64,000 nucleotides of DNA from Hydrolagus colliei (lineage: Eukaryota). The DNA lies in NCBI GenBank assembly GCA_035084275.1, contig CM068754.1, positions 15,748,001-15,812,000 of the forward strand, read 5' to 3'. This document shows, piece by piece, positions 26,901 through 56,943 of this stretch. The notes under the pieces are model-generated. The model saw nothing but the letters and a program-made list of their open reading frames with translations, was not told where the DNA came from and made no database searches. Each line of letters starts with the position of its first letter. Position 1 is the stretch's first letter. The position numbers and the translations under genes were made by a program.

Positions 26901-29549
26901 GCACCAGATGTAACCGCCACAATCAAAGGGGAACGGAAGAAAACACGGAGTCCGCAAGGTAATGGGTTGTTTGGTAATTGAGATAAAAGGCATGTTTATA
27001 CTGAGAAGAGAGATTCCACAATCCCGGTTTATAGGTACAGTATTTAGTCAAATTCCAGATGACCATAATAATAAGAATAAGAATCCTTGCATTTGAGTAT
27101 AGCGCTTTTCACATATTCTAGACGTCTCAAAGCGCTTCACTGAATATACTGTAAAGTGAACTGTTTATTTGTGGGCGAAACGTGGCAGCCAATTGCGCAC
27201 AGCAGTGTCCCCACAAACAGTTGTGAATTGAAATGCCGAATCTTATTATTGTGGTTTTCTGTGTGGGAGGGATTATTATTAACCATAACCATGAAATCAC
27301 CTCTTTAACTGCCCCAAATTTCGCCTGCAAAATGCACAGTCACTAGATTTTACAGTGAAGCACTTTAGGATACATAGTTTCTTTTCAAATGGTGGGTGAG
27401 TGGTTGCACGTCAGTGTTAAAACACCAGTAAACGTGCATTGGGCCATGGGAATGTTGGTAAATTTTACTTCTAAAACAGTGTGATCTCTTATTGCTTTAA
27501 CCTTCTCAAGACGATTTGTTGAAAATTCCAAAGCGTGGAATGAAGACAAACCGTCTCCAAATTCCAAAATCAGCCCAGCCTCAACACCAGGACTTTGAAT
27601 CTTTGAACATTTTAGCTTGCGATCTGCAAATTTGCTCCCCACCCCTCCCCACCACCCCCCACATCCCACCCACCCCCACCACCCACCCCACACACTGGTG
27701 TTAAGGTTAACACTATGAGTCATCTTGAGCCTCTGGTGTTTTGCTCGTGTTTGTGAAGATTGGCCTCAAGGTTGGCCTCAAGGTTGGCCTCGAGACCAGA
27801 TCAAGGAACGTATCATTTGCAAGGATGCTTGCAAAACCAGCAAACCTGCATGTAAAGGAAATGTTCAATGGCTCTCATATCCTTTGTAGTTACGGACATT
27901 TATATCAATTTAGAAGCACGTCACAGGTCATAAATTTAAAATGCCGGGTTCATAACACAAAACAGAATCTTTCTGCGTATCAGTAGAAGCTTGCGGTTTC
28001 ACTCAAGCTCAAACGAAAAAAAAAAATAGCCTCACTGTGATTGAAAACCCCCTACAATTATTTTTCCAGATGAACTAGTCCCTTGCCTCACGCAAACAAA
28101 AAAAAGTAACGAAAAGATACTTTCAGCCGGAGTGAATCTGCTTCTAGTTTGAAAAAGAAAGACACTGAATAATCTGTAATTACGCAGAACAGACGTTTGA
28201 CAACAACAGCAACAATATTACATTTGTACAGAGGCTTTCACGCCGGGAGGACATCCCAAGGCGCTGAACAGTTGTGGGAGATAATTCAATGGGGGAAGTA
28301 ATGAAGGGTCCACGTCATGTCATAAACCACACCAACTGATTTGCAGTTTGCACAAACCACACTCATTCGGTTTGCAAACTTCAGCTGAACTTGAAAACGT
28401 ACATTTTCACTTGTATTTGAAATTCAATGTGTTTGTCTTTTTCCACATTGGTTCACTTATAAAGCGGATGTCGACAGCAAAATAATATTTTTTTAAATGA
28501 CCTTTCGTCGGCAAATTGCAACTCTAAATAGAAAGTGCCATTTTGAAAAACTATTTACCGCAAAATTTATCTATTTATCTCTCGCAAAAAAACAACGAAT
28601 CTGTTGAGCAAACAGAATGGTAAAACTAAATCTCACGTTTGCAAGCGCAATTCACACTGACCTATTTGAAATTCTCACTTGATGTATTGAGAGCTGGTAC
28701 AAATACACAGTCACTCCATTTCACGTGTGAAGCACTTTGAGACGTCCTTTCCAACGCATCCCCTCCATCTCCCTACTACTTCCATCGGCTTTCCGAAAGG
28801 CTTTGAGATGTGGTATAAAAAAATACAACATAAATCCAAGTCGTTACCATGTAAACCACTCACCCATTTCACTCTCCCATTCACCAGGAACTTTATCTTT
28901 CACTAAGTCTGAAGCAACATTGAAAGGAGGCAATAATTGATTGTGGCAATCCCACAACCTGCCCAACACTCAAAATAAAATTGGTCTCTCACTCCACGTG
29001 CTGCTTGTGGGACATTGCTGTGCGCAATTGGCTGCCGAGTTTCGCCCACAAAATATACAATCAAAACCACTTTACTGTATATCCTGTGAAGCGCTTTGAG
29101 ACGTCTGAACGACATAATAACGTGTCAAATGCAAGGATTATTATTATGATAACAACAGCACCTTGTGTCGCAGAGATCACACCTCGAGGAGAACTTCTGT
29201 TTCCACTTATTCTAGATAGAAAAACACACGCGTTTCGCCCGCAAATATACAGTCAATTCGCTTATATCCTGTGAAATGCTTTGAGACGCCTAGAAGACGT
29301 GAAAAGCGCTATTTCAAAGGCAAGGATTATTATTAAAGTTATTATTACGTTGCATACGCGTAAGCCTCACCTGCTGCCTGCCGCAGAGTCACTCCGGAGC
29401 TCGGACGATAGACTCAAAAGCCTTTTCGGCAGCTTTGCGGTGGGTTGGTCAAATGGAACTGGTTGCAGCGCAGAAGACCCAAAGCACCGTACTTGTTCGA
29501 AAACCAATCCACGCACCATTTGCAGCCTGGTCCAACGTAGAGACATCAT
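23923..29549 (-). CDS. fdx1b: Adrenodoxin / mitochondrial ferredoxin of FDX1 type (probable fdx1b paralog), 4 exons, 182 aa
   Basis: Exons 29549-29371, 26836-26709, 26045-25916, 24034-23923 (549 nt; intron phases 2,1,2). Basic, Ser-rich N-terminal transit peptide ([14 protein letters not shown]...). Mature part is [92 protein letters not shown]..., with four [2Fe-2S] Cys ligands and the acidic DEExDMLD helix. FDX1-type, not FDX2. The 'b' assignment is inferred from linkage to moesin. Confidence 0.9.
27760..27794. repeat. 12-bp tandem repeat x3
   Basis: ttggcctcaagg ttggcctcaagg ttggcctcgag. Confidence 0.85.
28975..29335 (+). mobile_element. Two tandem SINE 3' fragments in ferredoxin intron 1
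   Basis: Body plus tail at ~28975-29147 and a second tail at ~29228-29335, ending ~35 bp from the exon 1 donor. Confidence 0.8.
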
Positions 29550-29692
29550 CTTTGCAACCGCTGACAAGGAGCCTGGAGCTGTTTTGCCTGGACGAGATAG
29601 CGATTGTGTTTTTCTAGTTTACTCGTGACTCGCCCGAGAGTCGCAGATAGGCTCGGAAAGAAAGGTTGGCCGGCTGCCCAACGTGAGCTGTC

Positions 29693-29701
29693 CCAAGGTC
29701 A
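29693..29701 (+). promoter_or_regulatory. SF-1/NR5A consensus site upstream of the ferredoxin gene
   Basis: CCAAGGTCA is an exact YCAAGGYCA match, ~145 bp upstream of the ferredoxin ATG at 29549. Confidence 0.55.
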
Positions 29702-31131
29702 CATAGTGTTGCAATCGCAGGGTTATTAGCCTTCCTCCCAATTTGTGGTCATTCTGTTGTGTTGCTGTAACTGACAGAAGTCAAATAAGTACATCCCAAC
29801 TCTACAAACAAAGCTTTTCCCTCCCTCTCTCCCTTTTCAATCCACGACTGTTTGTAGACTCTGCTGTTTGCAAATTGGCTGCCACGTTTCGCCCACAAGT
29901 ATACAAGTATACTTTACAATATATTCTGTGAAGTGCTTTGCGACATCGGGAAGACGTGAAAAGCGTTTTATCAAATTCAAGGATTATTGCTATTGCTGTA
30001 TTATCAGTGCAGAGTTAAAGTTAAATCAGCCTATGTTAATGAACAGCTCAAAAACATTTTTTTGCTTCAAGTGCATCACTGATCAGTGTTCGGCAACAAA
30101 TGAAGATATTCTGTGGCAATATTCCGTGGTTTCATCTTTTCATTATCCTTGGAGCTTTGATCATGTCTCAAAGATTTATCTCTCCACCGCCTCACACTCA
30201 CACACCTTGGCTTCCTTATAGCTGTGTTTTACAAAGGGACGGCAACAACAACGACAACCTCAGCAACAGCTACGTATGTTTACGTAAGGATTGAGTCTCG
30301 GAGGGTTTGTACAGGCATTTTATGTCAGGGCTACACTCTGACCTGAGAAAGCTCCTGAGGAGCATATCCGCTAAACTGGATCAATAGGGAACCCTGCAGG
30401 TCCGAGAGCAGTAAAAGCATCAACGGATGTGGGGAAGAAGCTGGAAAGTGAGATTAATACTGTGATTCAAAAGGACAAAGTAAATGTTGCACAAGATAAA
30501 GAATCAATGGTACTGGGGTCCAACCAATGAATGTTGTCTGCGCCAAAATGGAGCTCCTGTGGTTAGAGCACTTGTCTTGCAAGCTGGGGAGACCACGCTG
30601 GGGAGACCTGTGTTCGAATCCAGGCAGGTCAGGATGAAACCTTGGGCAAGTTTCCTTACTCCACACGCCTGATAATAATCCCTCCAAAAAAACTCACAAT
30701 AATGAAATTGGTCATTTCAATCCACGGCTGTTTGTGGGACACTGCTGTGCGCAATTGGCTACCCCTTACCTCTCTTGAGATTTTGAGCTGAATAAGTGGC
30801 TCCAATGACACCTTTGTCTTGCTCAGAAGGAAGTTTCTTTGTAAATCGTGTCCTGCTTTGGGCAGGAACCAACCAGCCCCAAAACAAGATTGATTTGTTT
30901 GTGGCATTCTGCTGATACCAGTGTGGAAGTATATGTGTCTTCACTGTCCAGCGAACCTGGATGAAACAGTCCCTGGGTGAGAGAACATTGAGTCCATAGT
31001 AGCGAGGGATAAATTGTGCCACTTTAAGAAGAACGATTACATACCACAAGATTTTGACAGGGGCTGGGATAAACCTGCCATCTCTTCAGCTCCTACCCAC
31101 CGTACTGCTACAACCAATGTAAGTGTTTTGT

Positions 31132-31450
31132 GGAGTCTTGGCAGCTCAGTGGTTAGAGCACTCGCCTTGCAAGCGAGAGACCTGAGTTTGATTCCAGACA
31201 GGTTACGGCAAAACCTTCGGCAAGTTTCCTTACTCCGCACGCCTAATAATAGTCCCTCAAAAAAATATAATAAATTGGTCATTTCAATCCACGACCGTTT
31301 GTAGGGACACTGCTGTGCGCAAGTGGCTGCCGCGTTTCGCCCATAGAATAGACAGTCAATTCACTTTACACTATATTCTGTGAAGCGCTTTGAGAATGTC
31401 TAGAAGACGTGCTGTATCAAATACAAGGATTATTATTATTCTATTATTAT
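31132..31450 (+). mobile_element. Full-length tRNA-derived SINE
   Basis: gcagctcagtggttagagcactcgccttgcaagcgagagacc head (TGC anticodon loop, tRNA-Ala-like), body and (TTA)n tail. Confidence 0.85.
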
Positions 31451-32804
31451 TACACAGTGAATTGCAAGAATGAAAACAACTCATTCCCTGCCATTACTGT
31501 TTTAGCCACAGGGTGGGGACTTGAGGCAATGATTGCTTTCAAAAGCACAAACCTGGCTCCCATCAATTGGTGCACCAGTTCCACAGGAAGTGGGTTCACC
31601 CTCTGAGCCACACAGGATGGATGAGTGGTATACCTGCAGCTGAACGTTTGTGTCAAGGGTGAAAGGACACAGAGACCCAGTCTGCTCTGTGGGTGGGTTC
31701 ACGAGTTGTTGAATGCAATGCAAGTTGTTGTTGACCTTCAAATCCCTCCACTCCTCTGCAGCCCTACCCCTACCTCTCTGACCTCCTCTCTCCTCACAAC
31801 AGTACCCGTCGCCTTCACTCCACCGGGTCTGGCGTCCTCGTTGTCCCCTGAATCCTTCGCTCCACCCTCAGCGGCCGTGCCTTCAGCCCCGAGGCTCTGG
31901 AACTCACTTCCTCACTCCCTTCGCCTCGCTCCCCTCTCTTCCTACTTTCAGGTCTCGGCTAAAGACCTTTCTTTTCGACCGCGCTTTCGGGCACCTTCAT
32001 TCCCCCCTCCTCCCCATGGCCCCAGGATCCATTATTGGGAAGCGCTCTGAGACGCCGTCCGATGTTGAGGGAGCAATATAAATCCAAATTGTTGTTGTTG
32101 TTGACCTCGGCCAGTCTGGCTTTGGGGATGGGAGGTGTAAGGGAAGGTGGGCGGGGGTGCGCGGGGTACAGGAAAATCAATCCAAGCTGCGCTCCATCGT
32201 CTTCTCTGCAAAGTGCAATTTTATTTTATTTCTACAAATATTATACATACATGGTGATTTTTATTCAGGGGTTGGGTGGTGAGGGGAAATATCCGAAGGT
32301 ACTTGCCCTGTTTGTTGCCTTTTTCTTTAAGCTGTAAAGACCAAAACAAGGTCTGAGAGGATACCGGTGCTTTGCATTCTAAGAAAACACGTGTGGGAAA
32401 GCAACAGTAACACAGGTGGTAATGGATACTTCGGTCAATCCTCAAAGTGCACCCCCCCACCACCAATTGCCTTCAAATTGCCTTGTGACACGGTGAAAGG
32501 AAGAGCTAACTGGAGACTTTACTCAGCAGGCATTCAGCGTACCTACAGCGATTACTTAATTTAACGGTAATTAAGAGACCAAATTGCAGGCCGGCTCTAA
32601 TCTGTGGTTTTTGGGTGTGGGGTATGGGTGGGGGGAGGGTGGTGGCGAACTTTTAATCAAACCCGTATGAATAAGAACGCAAGAGGTCTGGAATTCCACC
32701 CAACCTCCGCCTGCCTGCCTACCTGTTAAGGCCTCTTGGTCTTCAAATCGAACATTGTGGAAAATAGAACACAAAATTGCGGAAAATACTTCCAATTCAG
32801 CAAC

Positions 32805-33410
32805 AGGAATCCTACAGGGTAATAGGGTATTCTAGAAGGATGAGATTAAGTAAGAGTTATCTCATCCATAGCACCCTGAATGTAATATAACATTAAACTT
32901 GGAACAAAGACTTCAATGGGAGCAAATAGCTGCATCATTTTTACACACTGAGAAAACAGCCACAAACCCTTACCGCAGTCAGATACATATATATGAGTTT
33001 GCACCAACAGCTCCAAAGAGAAGTCGCTTTACGTTTCAAGAACTGAAGAAAGTCGGTTTCCAAATCGGGCAGGAAGCTGAGGATTTTCCACAATGTGGCC
33101 AGGTCTGAAATTTCAAGGCAAAGTATCTTACCCCCACCGGCTGAGACTTGTTGGAATTCAGTCCCCGTGATTCACCAAGTTTCTAACCCGTTACAAATGC
33201 CCTCTTTGGAGCTGTAGGTGCAAACTCGTACAAATGACTGTGATAAGGGTTGTGGCTATCTCTCAGTGTGTAAAAATGATGCAGCTATTTGCTCCCATTG
33301 AAGTCTTTATTCCAAATCTAATATTGTGTTACGTTCAGGGCGCTATGAATGAGATAACTCTCATTTTAATCTCATCCTTCCAGAATACCCTATTACCCTG
33401 TAGGATTCCT
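32805..33410. repeat. Long inverted repeat / foldback element (arms ~215 bp, spacer ~180 bp)
   Basis: 32805-33020 is the reverse complement of ~33202-33410. For example, aaagacttcaatgggagcaaatagctgcatcatttttacacactgaga is perfectly mirrored. Confidence 0.9.
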
Positions 33411-33714
33411 ACAGCTCAGTGGTTAGAGCACTTGCCTCGCAAGCGAGGGACCTGGGTTCCATTCCCGGCAGGGCGAAACCTTGGCCGAGTTTCCTTACTC
33501 CACAGGCCTGATAATCCCGAGAATAAAAAAAAAGCAATAATATATTGGTCATTCAATTCCTCGACTGTTTGTGGGACACTGCTATGTGCAATTGGCTGCT
33601 GCCTTTCACCCACAAAAATACAGTCAATTCACTTTGCAGTATATTCTGTGAAGCGCTTTGAGACGTCTAGAATACATAAAAAGTGTTATATTAAATAGCA
33701 AGGAATATTATTAT
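33403..33714 (+). mobile_element. Full-length SINE abutting or overlapping the right arm of the inverted repeat
   Basis: ggattcctacagctcagtggttagagc head, followed by body and tail. Confidence 0.8.
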
Positions 33715-36700
33715 TTGTTATATTAGACTTCCACCACAGATTCAAGCTTTATCTTGAATGAGTCCAACATCCTAATCCAGTTACCCTATAAATATCAACA
33801 TCAAATTTAAACCAGCAGTTCTGCTGTAACTGATGCTAGAGAGAATCTCAGAATATCAGTCTTTGTCAACTAAGGATCGACAAAGGAGGAAAAGATCTGT
33901 CTCCAGGTTTCAGCAGTTGGTGAGCCAGAGATTGCAAAATCAAGGAGGTGTCTGAGGTTTTCCTGCACTTCAATCCTTATGTTATTCACTGGGCTGAGTT
34001 GAGAGAAATGTTGGACGAAGGCAAACCCCACTGCTAACCAAACTGTGGTTTTCCATCAGATCAAGTTGTCAATTTAATTACCGGGTGTACCTCATTCCAG
34101 CTACCGCAGAGAAGAAACAGTGTAAAAGTATCATCAGCATCCTCTCCCTTTGGAATAAACCATCCCAGAGATTGACTGGGTTTCACCACAGACACAGAAT
34201 GTAAACTCCAGGTAATGTTAACTTCCCAGCCTGATGTTAAGTGAATGTGGGAGATTGAGAGGTGGGAGATCTCTGTTTCTGCAAAGTTAAATTTGCTGAA
34301 GAGCCACAGCAGACGCCTTAGGAAATGATCCAATTGTCTCCCTGTTTTGCCTTTCTCGCTAAATATAAGTTTGAATGGAAAAATCTGCTTTCGCTTTGTC
34401 CGAGTTGCTGGCAGCCCTCATGTCCCTGGGTCAGAAGGCTGTTGTGGCTTCTTCACAAGATCACAAGAGGGGTTTGGCTAAAGAAAGCCCTCAGACACAT
34501 TTAATCTCATCCTTCCAGGATACCCACCCTTCTTCCCATCACAACATAAAGCTGTTCCTTAAGTCAGTGTCCTCAACTGAAACCCCCTCCCCGGTAACTT
34601 GTCCCAGTCTTTAATAATTCTGTGTAAAGAAATACTTCCTCGTGTCCATCCCCAAGTTGTTTAGAACCGTGAACCTGCACCATTGCATTCTACCATCAGT
34701 GTTTTTTAAGTTTATGATTAGACTTAAACTTCACTCAGGAATCGAGCTCATTTTGTAACTGACGTTCCACTATAATACTGTGGAAGAGTACTTGCGCTGT
34801 CAATGGTACACACTGACCTTCATTCCTTTAACCTGCGAACCTGCACCACTGCACTTTCTCCTAACTCCAGCTAAATATACTTGTTGTTTGTGACTAATCC
34901 TGTTTGATAACTCTAATTAAGAGTTTTCTATGAAATAAATGACAATTTTCCAAAATGGGTTCGAACTGTGACGCCTGGAGCCACACTGACACTTAAGCAC
35001 TGAAACCTTGACTGAAAGCCTGGGAATTAGGTGGTCATTCAGGTTTGTGTAGATCAAATCTTTACATCCATTAAAAATCGATGTAGTCAACACCCACTAT
35101 AGTCTGCTTCTTCTATTCCAGCTGCCTCCCTAACTCAAACTGAATGTCCTTAATGAAAACTCTTGAGAACATCTCTGGCACCCATGGCTGTAGCTGGAAG
35201 ACTGAAATGATTGATTGATTGATTTTAATTAGATTTTCACCCACGCAATCATCTTAAAGACTGGACTTCACAGGGAAGCTCCACAATAATTTACAACGTC
35301 ATGTTAGGACTAAAGGTCCAGTTCTGGGATTTATGGCGTGTAATTATAATAGATTCATACCTCGGTTTTCTGCACTCATGCCTTGCTATTGTTAAAATGG
35401 GGGGAACCTTTAAAACTCAGTTTACAGCATATTGGCAGGTGTCCCTAGTCGTACCTTTGCATTTCCATGCACAAGTAGTGAAACAATGATAGCGCCGTGA
35501 TCTGTGTTTGATGACGGATTAACTGACCCGATCAATTTTGAGACAGTTCCAATCACTCTATACTGTAAACGACACTTACCGAAGAAAACGTCAGCTAATT
35601 TTTATCTACCTCGGGACGTCCTCCCGACGTGAAAGACACTCTGCAAATATAATTTTTTTTGTTGTTGTTCAGGGGGCGGGGATGATGTTACAAATGAGTT
35701 GGTGCTCAAATGGTGCTTCAGTCAAGAGTCTACAGGATGTCCATGGCAATGAATGGGCAATCTACCAACCTAGGTGAATTGATAGATTAACGTGCATTAG
35801 TAGGACAGAATGGAGAGGTTTACTCTCCCGCATCAAGCTGTGTCATACATCAAGTGAGCGCCTGTAATGGAAACAATTCCTCACCTTTAACAGGGACCGA
35901 ATGTAATTTGGAAAACAGCTGGAACACACAAGACCATTTACACCAATGAAAGCTGAATTTTTGAACAAAAAAACACACAGCAATCGTGTAGCACACGAGC
36001 CAAAACAATTTTTTGATCACACATTGGGCCAAGAGGCCAAAATCAAGTGATTCGTTCTAAGACTCCGCAGGAATCAAGCGGAGAAAAGAGAACTGTGTGA
36101 GATTAAAACATTTTCCTTGGAAAAAACCCCCAGCCGTCAGTTAAAGAGTATAAATGTTGTATTTACTTATGGCCATGCTGAGATTCAATGGAACAAATCA
36201 CACAGCAAAACAGAACTGAAAGGCTGGTCAACACATGGTGAACACCGATATACTGAGTAAACTCATCTCAACAAACCCAGCTGCCGAAGGAACCCAGGGC
36301 TGCAGAATAAATCACTTCCTTCAGGAGTGGAGAAAAATTGGGAGTGTTTAAGTGTGAGAGACCACCTGCTGAATTAATAGAATCATTCTGGTTTCCAACC
36401 CATGATTTGATTTATATATACTGTGTATATATATGTACATTATATACAATTACACACACACACCATTAGCTGATTTTCTACAAAGCTTGTTCCCCAAGTC
36501 CTTACAAAACAGGCAGCCCTCAGGATAATACTCAAAACGAGCTTCAATCCTCTACAGACCCAGCTGAACAGGAAGGCAGTGTAGTTTACAGGTTTGTGTT
36601 ATTTCAAACAATTACTGGGTAAGTGCCCCGCTTTGTGTTCCAGATCATCCTTGGTCATCACTTGATTCCGGCTTCTGTGTTTGCCCAAAAATCACATTCA

Positions 36701-37273
36701 CTTTAACTTCTATTCAAATTAAGATTTTTGTCAATGTTTATACTGTATTTACATGAAGGATTCTTCGTATTCACAAAGACAATACTTTCTCTCTTTCACC
36801 CCCCACCCCCACCTTTGTGTGACAATTCTAGTACTTTGTACTGCCTACTTGCTTCCTCTATTATCAATTCTCATCTCTTGCCCTATCTCTGGAATTGAGT
36901 CATTTTGATGGATTGGTAAACGACAAGTTAATTGAATTGTACCTAGATTCTTCCCATTCCACAAATACCATTCTCTTTCACGAGGGGTTTGACAAGCCAC
37001 GGTAATGGTGATACAGCTGGTGACTGTTTCACAGTAGGTGGAATGGAACATGTAATTCCACGAGGCAGCCTACCTTAACATCAAAGGCAACACACACTCG
37101 CACACATGCATGCACGCAGACCCACGTGGAGATAAATAATCCACCCGCGACTCCAATTAAGAATGGCTAGTTTGCAACCCTGCGTCTCGAAAGAATTCAA
37201 GCCTTTCGCAAAAACGGCTGCAATAAACATAAGGTCGCGGGGGGGAAAGAGAAAACATTCGACTTTATGAAAA

Positions 37274-37279
37274 TTTATT
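37274..37279 (-). promoter_or_regulatory. Distal polyadenylation signal of moesin
   Basis: AATAAA on the minus strand, followed by a U-rich tract (tgttttctctttccc). It ends a ~2 kb stretch without recognisable repeats after the stop codon. Confidence 0.6.
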
Positions 37280-38294
37280 AGCACAAAAAAGGTGAAAGGA
37301 ATACAAATCCAGAACAGCAAAATGTTGTATTACCGAGATCCCATTTGTAACTAGTTAAATAGCAAACAGATTTCACTAGCACGAAGAAATTTACACTGGC
37401 CAATTTCCTACTTAATTTACAACACAGAATATGAATAAGCAGCGAATGCTAACAAGCTCCACAGCCTTGCTAACTATATAAAGAATCGCTCGTTATACAG
37501 TGACATTGAAACCAGGAAGGTGAACTTTCTTTTTTAATACAAATCAACAGTTCTCTTAATATAATACTGCGAGTTCTTAAATCAATTCTCCTGCAAATTA
37601 TAAGATGTCTTCACAAGCATCGATACTCTGTGAACAAACAGGTACGGAAAGAAAAAAAAATTCTAAATAAATTTGCTCTTCCTACTTTGCATAGATAAAG
37701 TTGTTTTGAAGTCCAAAGTAAATACATTGAGTATAATACTATAAGGAAAAGGAGAAACCAACTACATAAGGAGTAAACATGGTTACAAACATTAATACAG
37801 GTACGCATAACACTGTAAATATAATGGTTTTTGGCATTTTCATAGTTTTTTCCTAAAAAAAGTGACACACAACATGACAGCCCCCAACAGAGTTTCCAAT
37901 TTAAATATGAAGCTCAGATGACAAAGTCCGCACTAACATTTTCGTCAAGTGTGCTCGTGGACTTTTAAAACTTAAAAAAATGATTGGAAGGATTTCAATG
38001 GAAATCCTGACCTATCCACACTTCGAAAGTCAAAGGATAGAGCTGTCCTTAAAAGAAAATGGCGGTGTTTTTAATACTACAGTCTTAGCCAAATCAACCC
38101 TCGTTGGTGGGTCAAAATCTGTAATGAGCCAGAGTTAAACCACCAAACTGCACTTAATGAGGTAGTAACTGCTCCCTCCCAGGCACTGCTCTCTCTCTCT
38201 GGATGATTTTGACTAGGTATGGGGCGGGGTGGGAAAAAAAATAATCACATCGACCTCTCCCTTGCAGATACACTTGAAATTCCAAAATAAATCC

Positions 38295-38300
38295 TTTATT
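38295..38300 (-). promoter_or_regulatory. Candidate proximal polyadenylation signal of moesin
   Basis: AATAAA on the minus strand ~1 kb after the stop codon, with moderately GU/U-rich sequence downstream. Confidence 0.35.
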
Positions 38301-39303
38301 AGCAGTACAATCAATATTTTCCACAGTTGAACTATATGCTGTTTTACAGAATACAAAAAAAAATTCTTCTTACTAAATTCTACGAGTGAGATGATGCTCT
38401 TAAGGCTATGTATGGTGTATATGCGTCAAGCAGAAATACTCGGGATCTTTAAATAGTTTCTATTATTTCCAGCCGTATAGTTAGTTTCACAAAAAAACAT
38501 CTAAAGAGTTTGTCCCATTTGAGAATTTGAAAGAAAGTGTTAAATTCACAATGGCATGGCAGGCTGATGGAGCTTGGGATCTCAAGAAATTTGCTCATTT
38601 TCTTGGCACTTCGTTTATTTAGAATGATTCAAAAGACAAATTTGGAAGTCATTTATTCCCCCAACCACAGCTATCCTCTCGATTCAGCTTTGCCCCAACA
38701 CCTGTTCTGCTTGAACCCATAGTGCAAAAGTGGATAACAAAACAAAGGACTAAATAACCGATAACCGAACAATTTAAGCGATCTCAAGCCTCTATTATTG
38801 TGGTAATCTAATTTAGCCAACAGCAATTTCAGTGTAATCATCTTTTTATAAAAAAATGTGGCCTCGAGAATAATGGGTTGGTTTTTTTTTAAGGGGGGAG
38901 GGGGAAGAGAAACAAAATATAAAAGTCAAAATATAAGTTAATGGAAATATTCAAGTTTGTTAATTTAAATCGTGAAGAGTTGATGTGTAAAAAACAATTG
39001 GCATTTAGATGGGTTCGGGGAGTTAGGGAAATGCGGTTCACATAAAGTTGTGAAGGGACAAGCTCTAAAGCAACCATAAGCCACCCCCCACCCCCCCAAA
39101 AAAAATGTGCAACTCTGCAAACAAGGACTACATTTTGTGCTAGACTAGACTTCAGAACGAACTCAGGAACAAATCGGATACAACTCTTGTTTTCCACCCC
39201 AGATTCTGCTGGACGCTGGCGTGCTGTAGAATGGGGATTCTCTGCAGCTTATGACAAAACCAAATTCACTCCTCTGTAGTGGCCGAAAGCACGGATCGGG
39301 ACT

Positions 39304-56943
<17,640 letters not shown>

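Noticed and set aside
31140-31200. tRNA-Ala/Val-like sequences here and in other SINE heads as tRNA genes
   Set aside because: They are degenerate, lack a proper acceptor stem, and always continue into the SINE body.
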